This document shows, one piece after another, positions 9,047-17,955 of a stretch of 54,866 nt of DNA (within the stretch, counting starts at the first letter, position 1; every line of letters begins with the position of its first letter). The notes beneath the pieces are model-generated. The model was not told the origin of the DNA. It saw only the letters and a program-made list of their open reading frames with translations, and searched no databases. The stretch is from a virus (lineage: Duplodnaviria > Caudoviricetes). The DNA is taken from IMG/VR virus record IMGVR_UViG_3300013093_000004, positions 1 through 54,866 of that record. One strand, written 5' to 3'. The position numbers were made by a program, and so were the translations under genes.

Positions 9047-10224
9047 TGAAACAGCGCCGTTCGGACAATCAGATGCTGCGCCGCTTCGTCAGCAGCGGTG
9101 TCACCGCGCTGTCGGATTATGAAATCGAGGTGATCGTCTGCACCAATGACGATCACGTTCTTGATGGCGATGTCTGGGACATGCAGGGCATCGATCTGAC
9201 CCGCTATCTGGCGCATCCGGTGGTGCTGTGGGATCACGACATGTCGCAGCCGATCGGTCGGGCGTCCGATCTGACCGTCACGCCGGAAAAGATCACCGCA
9301 AAGGTCACATTTCCCGACGAGGGAATTTCGCCCAAGGCCGACGAAATTCGCAAAATGGTCAAATCGGGCATGATCAGCGGCGTCAGCGGCGGCATCCTGC
9401 CCGTTCAATCCAGGCCGCTCGATCCCAAAAATCCGCGCTCCGGCAATCGCATCACCAAATCGATCCTGCTGGAATTCAGCATCTGCGCCGTCCCCGCCGA
9501 TGCATCATCGGGTGTGACTGCCCGATCCAATGGAGGCACCACCGTGGCTGACCCGACCGTCCCGACCGATGATGAAAAGGCCGCCGCTGCTGCCGCGCGC
9601 AAACGGGCTCTGGCAGTGCTGCCGCGCGGTTTGTATTCGGTCGGGCAGCTCGCCTATACTCTTTCGTCGCTTGGCTATCAGGCTGACAGCGCCAAGTATG
9701 AAGCGGAAATCGAAGGTGACGGCAGCAAGGTGCCGGCCATGTTGGCATCGGTTCTGCACGACCTGGGCGATGCGCTGATCGCGATGACGATCGAAGAGGT
9801 CGGCGAATTGCTCGCCGGGCACGACGTTGACGTCGAAGCCGATGATGACGATCTCGATCCCGACGAACGCGCCGCGATCGCCGGCACGGACAACGCCGCG
9901 CTGCGGGCATTCCGGCGCGGTGTGGCGCATGCCAAACAGCGCGTTGGCAAAAAGCTGTCGGCCGACACGGTTCGTTGCATCCGCAACGCGCTGGACGAAC
10001 ACGCCGCCGCCACCGCCGACGTTCGCGCGGCCGTTGCAAAACAGAAAAAGGCGCTCAGCTCGATCGAAGATTTGCTCGACGGTACCGATGACGGCACCGG
10101 CGACGGCAATCCCGAAGCGACCACCGGCAACGATGATGACGAAGACGCTGCCGCCGAACGCGCGTTGCGCGCCCGCGCCGCCCTCGCAAAGGCCCGCGCG
10201 CTCGAACTCACCGCGCCTGTCTGA
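9046..10224 (+). CDS. Prohead protease with C-terminal scaffold-like extension
   Basis: PVVLWDHD..PIGR, SGVSGG, LLEFSICAVPAD; acidic helical C-terminal half. Confidence 0.9.
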   Translation: MKQRRSDNQMLRRFVSSGVTALSDYEIEVIVCTNDDHVLDGDVWDMQGIDLTRYLAHPVVLWDHDMSQPIGRASDLTVTPEKITAKVTFPDEGISPKADEIRKMVKSGMISGVSGGILPVQSRPLDPKNPRSGNRITKSILLEFSICAVPADASSGVTARSNGGTTVADPTVPTDDEKAAAAAARKRALAVLPRGLYSVGQLAYTLSSLGYQADSAKYEAEIEGDGSKVPAMLASVLHDLGDALIAMTIEEVGELLAGHDVDVEADDDDLDPDERAAIAGTDNAALRAFRRGVAHAKQRVGKKLSADTVRCIRNALDEHAAATADVRAAVAKQKKALSSIEDLLDGTDDGTGDGNPEATTGNDDDEDAAAERALRARAALAKARALELTAPV

Positions 10225-10233
10225 CCCCTTCCT

Positions 10234-10329
10234 CTGACGCTCCCGCGTCAGTCGAACGCCCTTACCGCCGGTTGGGCACCGGCACTTGGCCCGTCGCGAG
10301 ACGGTCTTTTCCCTTTGATGGAGCCCCCC
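10234..10329 (+). ncRNA. Structured leader upstream of major capsid gene (copy 1 of repeated element)
   Basis: Three hairpins, ACGCCC linker and TTCCC..GATGGAGCCCC; same layout at 16036-16133. Confidence 0.55.
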
Positions 10330-11742
10330 ATGACCCGAACCCTTAAGGACGTTCGCAAGGAATATCGCGACGCCACCGATGAACTGCCGACCCTGACCCG
10401 CGACGCGGCGAAGTTTGCCGCGTGCGAAGCGCGCATCGCCGCGTTGGAAGAAGAACTGAACGTTTTCGAACGGGAAGCTCGTGCCACCGACATCCGCAAC
10501 CGCGCGCTGGCGGGTGTCGACACCTCGGCCGAGACCGACGGCGCGTCCGCCAACGGTGATTTCGTCGACAATTCGGCCGGCGCCTGGCGCTCGACGCAGG
10601 ATCTGGTCGCGCAGCGCAGCCGTGGACCGATTTCCCCGGCAGTGCGGTTTGCCGAACTGATGAGCCAAAGCCGGCGTTCGTGGGGCGTGCAACTCGACGC
10701 GCAGAAGCATTTTCGCAACCTGGGCGAACAGCTGCAGGCGATCGCGACGTACTATCTGCGCAAGGATGGCACCTGCGATGCCCGTCTGACCCGCGCGCCC
10801 ACCGGCGCGTCGGAAGTTGACCCAACCGGCGGCGGCTTTTTGCTGCAGACCGATTTTGCCAATGCGATCTGGATGCTTGCCCACGAAATGGGCGACATCC
10901 TGGGCGCGGTGAACGGTATTCCGATCTCGGGCAATTCGAACAGCCTGAAGATCCGCGGCGTGGACGAAACGAGCCGTGCTACCGGCAGCCGCTGGGGCGG
11001 TGTCGCGTCGAACTGGGTCGGTGAAGGCACGGCGGTCACCCCGTCGAAGCCGAAGTTCCGCCTGATCGAGTTCGATCTGAAAAAGCTGATGTCGGTGATG
11101 TACACCACCGAAGAGCTGATGCAGGACGCCCCGGCGCTGACCACGATCGCCGGCCAGGCATTCTCGGAAGAAATCATGTTCATGACCGAGGATGCCATCG
11201 TCAACGGCACCGGCGCGGGCATGCCGCTGGGCGTGCTGAACTCGCCGTCCCTTGTGACCGTGGCGAAGCAGCCCGGTCAGGCCAGCGGCACGATCGTCAA
11301 GGAAAACATCGACAACTTGTGGGCGCGCTGCTGGGCGCGCAGCCGCAAGAACGCGGTTTGGTACATCAATCAGGATTGCGAACCGCAGCTGAACCAGATG
11401 GGCCAGATCGTCGGCACCGGCGGTATGCCCGTCTATGTGCCGGCGGGCGGGCTGTCGGCCGCGCCGTTTGCCACGCTCTATGGCCGTCCGGTGGTCATCA
11501 CCGAATACAACGCTGCGCTGGGTACGCCGGGCGACATCCTGCTGGCTGACCTCAGCCAGTATACGAAGGTCGACAAAGGCGGCGTGCAGGCGGCCACCTC
11601 GATGCACGTGGCATTCCTGACCGATGAAAACGTGTTCCGCGTCACATATCGCGTCGATGGCAAGCCGATGTGGACCACCGCCATCACGCCGTACAAGGGC
11701 ACGCTGACCAAATCGCCGTTCCTGGCGCTCGCGCAGCGCTGA
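10330..11742 (+). CDS. Major capsid protein (HK97 fold)
   Basis: GGFLLQTDF, WVGEG, KKLMSVMYTTEELMQD, NGTGAGMPLGVL, TLYGRPV. Confidence 0.96.
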   Translation: MTRTLKDVRKEYRDATDELPTLTRDAAKFAACEARIAALEEELNVFEREARATDIRNRALAGVDTSAETDGASANGDFVDNSAGAWRSTQDLVAQRSRGPISPAVRFAELMSQSRRSWGVQLDAQKHFRNLGEQLQAIATYYLRKDGTCDARLTRAPTGASEVDPTGGGFLLQTDFANAIWMLAHEMGDILGAVNGIPISGNSNSLKIRGVDETSRATGSRWGGVASNWVGEGTAVTPSKPKFRLIEFDLKKLMSVMYTTEELMQDAPALTTIAGQAFSEEIMFMTEDAIVNGTGAGMPLGVLNSPSLVTVAKQPGQASGTIVKENIDNLWARCWARSRKNAVWYINQDCEPQLNQMGQIVGTGGMPVYVPAGGLSAAPFATLYGRPVVITEYNAALGTPGDILLADLSQYTKVDKGGVQAATSMHVAFLTDENVFRVTYRVDGKPMWTTAITPYKGTLTKSPFLALAQR

Positions 11743-11846
11743 TCGGGCCTACCACCCAACGATAACGGGCGCGGTTCCCCACCGCGCCCGCACATATCCT
11801 TGCCGCTTTGGGGGGCGGCACGCGCGTTCTGCGCAAGGAGCCCATC

Positions 11847-12335
11847 ATGGCACGCAATTTTTCGATGGTTTACCAGATCCCGCCGGTTGCACTGCTTGCT
11901 CCGGCCGCCGACGCCGCCGGCCGCGCCAGTCCGTACCGCACGTTGAAAAACGCGGCGGACAAAGCCTACATCGTTTGCCACATCAACCAAGGCAACGCGG
12001 CGCAGGTCACCCTGACCCCCTATCAGGCCAAGGATGTGTCCGGCACCGGGGCAAAGGCAATCAATGCCGTGCCGATCTTTTTGAACGATGCCACCGCGAC
12101 CAGCGATGCGTTCGTTCAGCAAACGTCGGCGGCCAATTTCCAGACCGACGCTACCATCGCTGACAAAATCGTAATTTTCGAAATCACTCCCGATGTGGCG
12201 CTCGATTTGGTCAATGGCTATCGCACCATTGGTGTGACCACCAGCGCCTCGAACGCGGCCAACATCACCGAGGCCACCCTGTTCGTCCTGGGCGCGATTC
12301 AGGGGGCCTCAGCCCCGACCACTTACAGCAACTGA
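11847..12335 (+). CDS. Putative capsid decoration/cement protein
   Basis: AGGAG RBS; beta-rich; directly after capsid gene. Confidence 0.55.
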   Translation: MARNFSMVYQIPPVALLAPAADAAGRASPYRTLKNAADKAYIVCHINQGNAAQVTLTPYQAKDVSGTGAKAINAVPIFLNDATATSDAFVQQTSAANFQTDATIADKIVIFEITPDVALDLVNGYRTIGVTTSASNAANITEATLFVLGAIQGASAPTTYSN

Positions 12336-12427
12336 CGAATTACCCCGGCGTGGCCGCCTTATGGCCGCGCCGGCCTTCGTTGTTTCCCTTTCGCGCGGCG
12401 TGATCGCATTGCGCAGGAGATTCGGTC

Positions 12428-13180
12428 ATGACCACCAAGGGCATCTACAAATATGGATTTGCCGTCGAATATGACGATGGCACGCAGGAATTTTTGGCGA
12501 CCTCCGCGCCGATCGATTTCAACGACGATTTCGTCGGCGCCGGCCACACTGCCAGCTTGCCGCAATTCGGCAGCCCGGTCGCGGGCTATCCCTGGGTTCA
12601 GAAAGTGGTCAAAACGGCGGGCACGCCGTCGGTCGCGGCGGTAACCAATGGCCCGGGTGGCCAGATCGCCATGGCGCTGACCAACACCAGCGAAGCGCAG
12701 GAAGCCACGCTTTACCAGAACGATCAGCGCACTTGGGACAGCACCAAGACGTTGATCTATCAGGCTCGCACCCAATTGACCGTGCTGCCCAGCGCCGCCG
12801 GTGTGCAGGCGGTGTTTGGCCTGGCCGGGGCGTGGGCCAGTGGCCCGCTGAATATCGGCACCTACATTTTCTTCGGCTGCAACGGTTCGGGCGAACTGTT
12901 CATGTACAGCTATGACGGCACCACGACCAAGGCGGTCGATACCGGCATCGCGCTGACTGCGGGCGTGTATTACCAGTTCCGCATCGAAATCGATCAATCG
13001 GGCGTGTTGCACTTCTATGTCAATGGGGTGGAATATACCACTTCGTTGGCACCGATCACTTGGGCTGCCACCGGCACCCCGGCGATCTTGCAGCTGTACA
13101 ATTCGGTCTACAAGCCCAGCGGCACTGGCGTAGCCACGCTCAACCTCGACAGCGTCGAGGTGTGGTCGCCGCGCACGTAA
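12428..13180 (+). CDS. Virion protein, ConA/lectin-like beta-sandwich
   Basis: FNDDF...DTGIALTAGVYYQFRIEI...HFYVNG. Confidence 0.55.
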   Translation: MTTKGIYKYGFAVEYDDGTQEFLATSAPIDFNDDFVGAGHTASLPQFGSPVAGYPWVQKVVKTAGTPSVAAVTNGPGGQIAMALTNTSEAQEATLYQNDQRTWDSTKTLIYQARTQLTVLPSAAGVQAVFGLAGAWASGPLNIGTYIFFGCNGSGELFMYSYDGTTTKAVDTGIALTAGVYYQFRIEIDQSGVLHFYVNGVEYTTSLAPITWAATGTPAILQLYNSVYKPSGTGVATLNLDSVEVWSPRT

Positions 13181-13206
13181 TCGCGCGCGCTCGATACCTG
13201 GCACCA

Positions 13207-13240
13207 TTCGTCATCCCGGGTTTGATCTCGGGATGACGAA
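13207..13240. repeat. 12-bp perfect inverted repeat, REP-like
   Basis: TTCGTCATCCCG-N10-CGGGATGACGAA. Confidence 0.7.
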
Positions 13241-13254
13241 ACAGGGAAAAAGTC

Positions 13255-13599
13255 ATGGCCTATATCGAATTTCAGACTGCGACGATCGCGGCCAGCGCGT
13301 CGCTGTCTTCCGAAGTGCCGTTGGGCGAAAAATCACTTGTCGGGATCGTCATGCCCCCCGCATGGACCGCCGCATCGTTGACTTTTCAAGCGACGCCCGA
13401 CGATACCAATTTCTATGAACTCTATGACGGTGCCGGCAACGAAGTGACGGTGGTCGCTGGTGCTGGACAATTCGTTCAAGTTGATCCCACCAAATGGCGC
13501 GGAATTACCGGGATCAAAATCCGCAGTGGTACCGCTGCCGGCCCGGTCAATCAGACCAGCGCCGTGACGCTCACGCTTGTCACTCGCACGATCTACTGA
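13255..13599 (+). CDS. Hypothetical virion protein
   Basis: GIVMPPAWTAASLTFQ; in head operon. Confidence 0.6.
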   Translation: MAYIEFQTATIAASASLSSEVPLGEKSLVGIVMPPAWTAASLTFQATPDDTNFYELYDGAGNEVTVVAGAGQFVQVDPTKWRGITGIKIRSGTAAGPVNQTSAVTLTLVTRTIY

Positions 13600-13602
13600 C
13601 CC

Positions 13603-14520
13603 ATGGGCATCGCGGCTGGCCGGATCAGCACTGTTACCGCTTCATCGGCCAGCTACGCGCTGGTCGATCTGGCAACAGCGAAAAACGAATTGAACATCCG
13701 CGCGAATGACACGACCAACGACACCGCGCTGACCCGAACGATCAATTTCGTCAGTCAGATCATCGCCAACTATTGCGGCGGCCCGTTTGGCCCTTTCGCG
13801 GTCGAAGCGGTGACCGATACGTTCCAGTTTGATCGTGATGCGTTCCCGGGGATTCGCTTTGCCGGCGAAAACCGCATTGCATTGGCCCGCTGCCCGTTGC
13901 TGTCGATCGGCGCTGTGGTGCAGACCAACACCGACGGATCGACCACGACGCTGGTCCAGGGCACCGATTACCTGCTCAATGCCAAACAGGGCGAACTGAT
14001 GCGGCTCAGCTGCACCGGCGCGCTGATGCGGTGGGAAACGCTGCCGCTGTCGGTGTCCTATGTGGCCGGCTATGGCGCGCTGATCACCGCAGAGGCGCAA
14101 ACCGTGCCCGGATCCGCCCCGTATACCGTCAACGCCACCAATGCGGCCACTTTCGCATTTGATCAGGGCGTTACCTATGCCAACGGCACTCCGCTGACCC
14201 TTGTCGCTGCCAACCCTGCCCATGGTCAGTACAGTGTGGCCAACGGTGTTTACACTTTCGCCGCCGCCGATGCGCACGCCGCCGTGCTGCTGGCCTATGC
14301 CTATAACCAGATTCCCTATGATCTGGTCAGCCATGCGCTGGAAATCGTCACTGCGCGCTGGGCCAGTCGCGGTCGCGACCCCGCGCTGGTGCAGGTGGAT
14401 ACTCCCGGCATCGGCACGCAGCGGTTCTGGTTCGGCAGCGAGCCTGGACAGGATGGCGAACTGCCGCCGCGCATCGCCGCAGCGCTGGACAACACCTATC
14501 GACCTCCACGGGTGGCGTGA
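13603..14520 (+). CDS. Head-tail connector (gp6-like) with inserted beta domain
   Basis: LVDLATAKNELNI...IANYCG...VSYVAGY...IPYDL. Confidence 0.75.
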   Translation: MGIAAGRISTVTASSASYALVDLATAKNELNIRANDTTNDTALTRTINFVSQIIANYCGGPFGPFAVEAVTDTFQFDRDAFPGIRFAGENRIALARCPLLSIGAVVQTNTDGSTTTLVQGTDYLLNAKQGELMRLSCTGALMRWETLPLSVSYVAGYGALITAEAQTVPGSAPYTVNATNAATFAFDQGVTYANGTPLTLVAANPAHGQYSVANGVYTFAAADAHAAVLLAYAYNQIPYDLVSHALEIVTARWASRGRDPALVQVDTPGIGTQRFWFGSEPGQDGELPPRIAAALDNTYRPPRVA

Positions 14521-15020
14521 TGGACATTCGCTTTGACATCAAGAACGCGCGACAGGTCGGGCTGCGCTTTGACCAGTTTCCGCCCGAAATTTACGACGAT
14601 CTGCGCATCGCCATCAACGATCTGGCCCATCAGCTGTTTGCCTTGGTCCAATCCGAAACGCCTGATCTGACCGGACAACTGCGCGGCCAGGAAATGGTCC
14701 GCGTGTTCACCGATCCCAAAAAGATCACCGGGTCGGTCGCCGTGGTGACGCGTGACAAGCAATCGGCGATCAAAGCGGCGACGCTGGAATATGGCAGCAC
14801 CGGCAAATCGGTGAAGGTCAAAAGCAAAACCATGCGGCTGGACCACGTTTTTGACCACGTCTTGGACGAGCCGATGGAGGTTATCGTCAAGGCCTATAAT
14901 CGCACACCGAACGTCGAAGAATTCCGCTTTGAACGCGGCCCGCTGGAAGTGATGCAGCCGATCGTTGCCGCGCGGCTGAATGCGGTGGTTGCCGCCGCGG
15001 TCAAGGCCGCGAACGCATGA
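14520..15020 (+). CDS. Neck/tail completion protein (HK97 gp10-like)
   Basis: TPDLTGQLR, LEYG motifs; position. Confidence 0.6.
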   Translation: MDIRFDIKNARQVGLRFDQFPPEIYDDLRIAINDLAHQLFALVQSETPDLTGQLRGQEMVRVFTDPKKITGSVAVVTRDKQSAIKAATLEYGSTGKSVKVKSKTMRLDHVFDHVLDEPMEVIVKAYNRTPNVEEFRFERGPLEVMQPIVAARLNAVVAAAVKAANA

Positions 15021-15691
15021 ACGCCGATTTCTACATGATCAAAACCGCGCTGCTCAATCAATTGACCGGCGCGGTCATGCCGACCTTTACCGCCGGGGCA
15101 ACGGCCAACAGTGCCACGCTTACCGCGCCCAGTTCGATCGCCGGCCTGTTTACCGGGCTGCCGGTGTTCGGCATCGGCGCGGCGGCTGGCGTCACCATCG
15201 CGGCAATCGCCGCCAATGGATCATCGATCACGCTGTCGCAGCCGATGACCACGGACACCGTTGGGACGACCACCGCATTCGGCGCCGGATTTGTGCAAAC
15301 CGGCGCGCGCGCGGTGCGGTGGAACGATGTTGCCGATCAACCCGCGCTGTTCTTGCGCCGCGTCGCCGTACACGACGATGAAGAAGGCGACGGCCTGGTG
15401 CGCACCGCGCTTGATTTTGAAGCGTGGATCTACAGCAACGCCGGCGCCGATGGCGATGTCGATCCCGATGTCACGCTGTCCGCGCTTGAACAATTGGTGC
15501 GCAACGCGATCAACCCCGATCTGCTGCCCCATGACAATGACGAAGGCCGGTTCACCCTCGCCACCGCGCTGGCAGCGCTGGGCCTGCCGCCTGCCTATTG
15601 GTGCCGGGTCACCGGGCATTCGATGATTTTCACCGGTGATCAGGGGCCGCAGGCCATCGCCCGCATCCCGATCCGCGTCACGCTCCCCTGA
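15017..15691 (+). CDS. Putative tail terminator with inserted domain
   Basis: WNDVADQPALFL...FEAWIY...ARIPIRVT; position before tail tube. Confidence 0.55.
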   Translation: MNADFYMIKTALLNQLTGAVMPTFTAGATANSATLTAPSSIAGLFTGLPVFGIGAAAGVTIAAIAANGSSITLSQPMTTDTVGTTTAFGAGFVQTGARAVRWNDVADQPALFLRRVAVHDDEEGDGLVRTALDFEAWIYSNAGADGDVDPDVTLSALEQLVRNAINPDLLPHDNDEGRFTLATALAALGLPPAYWCRVTGHSMIFTGDQGPQAIARIPIRVTLP

Positions 15692-15710
15692 TCCTGAAAG
15701 GACCGCTGCA

Positions 15711-16016
15711 ATGTCCACCAACGCCGACATCGTCAATGGCTGGTTCGCCGACCGGCTGGCCAATGGCCCGATCGCACGCAATACCGAAGCATACAATCAG
15801 GCTCAAGCCGCGCTGACCGATCTGATCGCCCGGCTGGATGCTGCCGCCGCGCCCGCGCCGGCCGACGCTGCAGCCACGCCCGCCACGCCGTCCAAGCCGA
15901 CCGCAGCGCAAAAGGCAGCGGCCAAGATCGCCGCCGACGCTGCCGTGTTGTCGGCCGATGAAGCGGCTGTGGCTCAAGATACCGCGTCGGCCTCGACTGG
16001 CTCGACTGCCGCGTAA
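15711..16016 (+). CDS. Ala-rich hypothetical protein
   Basis: AAGGA RBS before ATG 15711. Confidence 0.6.
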   Translation: MSTNADIVNGWFADRLANGPIARNTEAYNQAQAALTDLIARLDAAAAPAPADAAATPATPSKPTAAQKAAAKIAADAAVLSADEAAVAQDTASASTGSTAA

Positions 16017-16035
16017 CCAGCGCGGTTTTGGAATA

Positions 16036-16133
16036 CCCCGACGGTGTTGTCGGGGCACGCCCCTAACGGCCCTTGGGCAAGGCTGCTGACCCCGCTGTGA
16101 AGCGCACGTCCTTCCCATCGATGGAGCCCCCAC
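16036..16133 (+). ncRNA. Structured leader upstream of major tail gene (copy 2 of repeated element)
   Basis: Same hairpin order and motifs as 10234-10329. Confidence 0.55.
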
Positions 16134-16895
16134 ATGACCGTCCTGAATGGCAAACCGACTTTCGGCGTTGGCCGCGCCTTCGCCATCCCGAATGTCACCA
16201 ATCCGACCCCAACCCGCCTGCTGATCCCGCAGAGCCAGTCGATCGACATCAAATCCAAGGTGGAAGAACTGTTCGGCGAAAACATCTTTGCCGAAGCGAC
16301 CGCCAAGGGTGAAACGTCGATCACCGGCAAAGTCGAATACGGCAAATCGGTGGCCAGCGTGCTGGCCAACATCATCAGCGGCGATGGCTCGACCACCGGC
16401 AGCTATGCCGAAGCGGACAAAGAAGCTGGCACCGTTCCGGCCAGCACGCCCTACACTTATACCGCCGTCAATGCCGCCACGTTTCTGTTTGACCTGGGCG
16501 TGCGCAATGTCACGACCGGCGCGATCTATTCGTGCGTGGCCAGCGGCAGCGAGGTCGCGGGCAAAAGCTATTCGGTCGCGGCCGGCGTCTACAAATTTGC
16601 CGCGCTCGATGCCAATGCCAACGTGCAGGTATCCTACGCCTATTCGGTCACTGCATCGGGCGTGACGGTCAATCTGGCCAACCAGGTGCAGGGCCCGTCG
16701 ACCAGCTTTGAAGCGGTGCACGTGTTCCCGTGGGGTACCGAACAGGACATGGTGGTGCTCAACAACTGCATCGCGTCCAGCAGCAGCCTGCTGTCGGCCA
16801 AAAAGAGCGGCTTCGGCATGTCGACGCTCGATTACACCGCTGCGGTGAACGCCAGCGGCACGCTGGGCACCATCACGTTCGCCGAACAGAACTGA
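16134..16895 (+). CDS. Major tail tube protein
   Basis: PTFGVG...SIDIKSKVEELFGENIFA...KGETSITGK; precedes chaperones and tape measure. Confidence 0.8.
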   Translation: MTVLNGKPTFGVGRAFAIPNVTNPTPTRLLIPQSQSIDIKSKVEELFGENIFAEATAKGETSITGKVEYGKSVASVLANIISGDGSTTGSYAEADKEAGTVPASTPYTYTAVNAATFLFDLGVRNVTTGAIYSCVASGSEVAGKSYSVAAGVYKFAALDANANVQVSYAYSVTASGVTVNLANQVQGPSTSFEAVHVFPWGTEQDMVVLNNCIASSSSLLSAKKSGFGMSTLDYTAAVNASGTLGTITFAEQN

Positions 16896-16913
16896 TCAGG
16901 GGCCTGATCCGGC

Positions 16914-17285
16914 ATGATCGCCCGCACCATCGACGAACGCCGCGCGCTGGGTCGCGCGCGGCGGCTGGTGTTTCAGAACATCGCCAACGGTGTGCCGATC
17001 GAACGCATCCGCGAAGACATGCGCCTGTCCGATATCGAAATCGAACAGGCGCGTGGCTTTGTCGCGCGCAAGATCTTGGAAAACCGCACCCTGCGCCGGC
17101 AACCGCCAATTCCCTGTCTGACGCAGGCGGAAATCCGGTTTCACCGCCGCGCACTGTTGGGCACGCTGTCGCTGATCGGTGATGTCGACCTGTCCACCGA
17201 CTTGATCCTTTCAAAGCTGCTGGTCCAATCGATCGATCATCCCAGCATGCTGGAAGAAGCAAAACAACGGATGGACGCTGCATGA
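16914..17285 (+). CDS. Hypothetical protein
   Basis: ORF in tail operon; stop overlaps next start. Confidence 0.6.
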   Translation: MIARTIDERRALGRARRLVFQNIANGVPIERIREDMRLSDIEIEQARGFVARKILENRTLRRQPPIPCLTQAEIRFHRRALLGTLSLIGDVDLSTDLILSKLLVQSIDHPSMLEEAKQRMDAA

Positions 17286-17695
17286 TCACCCATCGCGATA
17301 TCACTCTGGGATTTGAAACCTTTCGTGTTCCGCCGCTGCCCATCCGGTGGAATCGAGAGGTCTATCCGCTGTGCGCTCGCCTTAGCGAATCCGATCTCGA
17401 AACGCGTTGGCTGGTGCACCAAGGCAAACTGCGGTTTGACGATCAGGAATTCGCTGATCTGTGCGATATCGCCTGGTACCTGACCCGCGCTGCCGGTGCC
17501 GAATTCGATCGAGCCACGTTCGATGCCTGGCCGATCAATTCGGTGCAACTGATGTTGGCGTTTTATGCGGCGCGCTATCAGACCGGGGTGTGGATTCCAG
17601 TCGAGGCCCCGGATGGCGCAGGCAAAGAGCCGGACCAACAGCCGGGGGAATCGATCGGGGAGCCGGAACCCCGAAAAAAACGCCGCCGCAAATAG
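17282..17695 (+). CDS. Tail assembly chaperone (G-like)
   Basis: Upstream of tape measure; slippery A7 at 17674-17680. Confidence 0.7.
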   Translation: MITHRDITLGFETFRVPPLPIRWNREVYPLCARLSESDLETRWLVHQGKLRFDDQEFADLCDIAWYLTRAAGAEFDRATFDAWPINSVQLMLAFYAARYQTGVWIPVEAPDGAGKEPDQQPGESIGEPEPRKKRRRK

Positions 17696-17949
17696 ATTTC
17701 AATCGGATTTTGGCGAAGCTGGTGCGCTATTTTCACCAGCCTGCCGAATACTGGCTCGATCACTGCACCATGCAGGATTGGCGCGACATCTATGCCCGCG
17801 AATTGATGGAATTACCCCCGATCGACCACTGGGGGGCCGTCTGGTTCAAACACGAGCCGCCAAATGAACCTTCGCCTGCTGCGTCCGCGTCGGCCGCCGG
17901 GCTCGAAGCTGAAGAATGGCGTTCCGATCTGCCGGACGTGACGGAGTAA
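17674..17949 (+). CDS. -1 frameshift extension of tail chaperone (GT-like)
   Basis: The -1 frame is open from A-AAA-AAA to TAA at 17949, 6 nt before the tape measure start. Confidence 0.7.
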   Translation, partial: KKTPPQIDFNRILAKLVRYFHQPAEYWLDHCTMQDWRDIYARELMELPPIDHWGAVWFKHEPPNEPSPAASASAAGLEAEEWRSDLPDVTE

Positions 17950-17955
17950 ACGGCT

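Noticed and set aside
9505-11607. Long antisense ORF (700 aa), and similar ones such as 275-1867 and 50469-51791
   Set aside because: Shadow frames of high-GC sense genes; Arg/Ala-rich with no motifs
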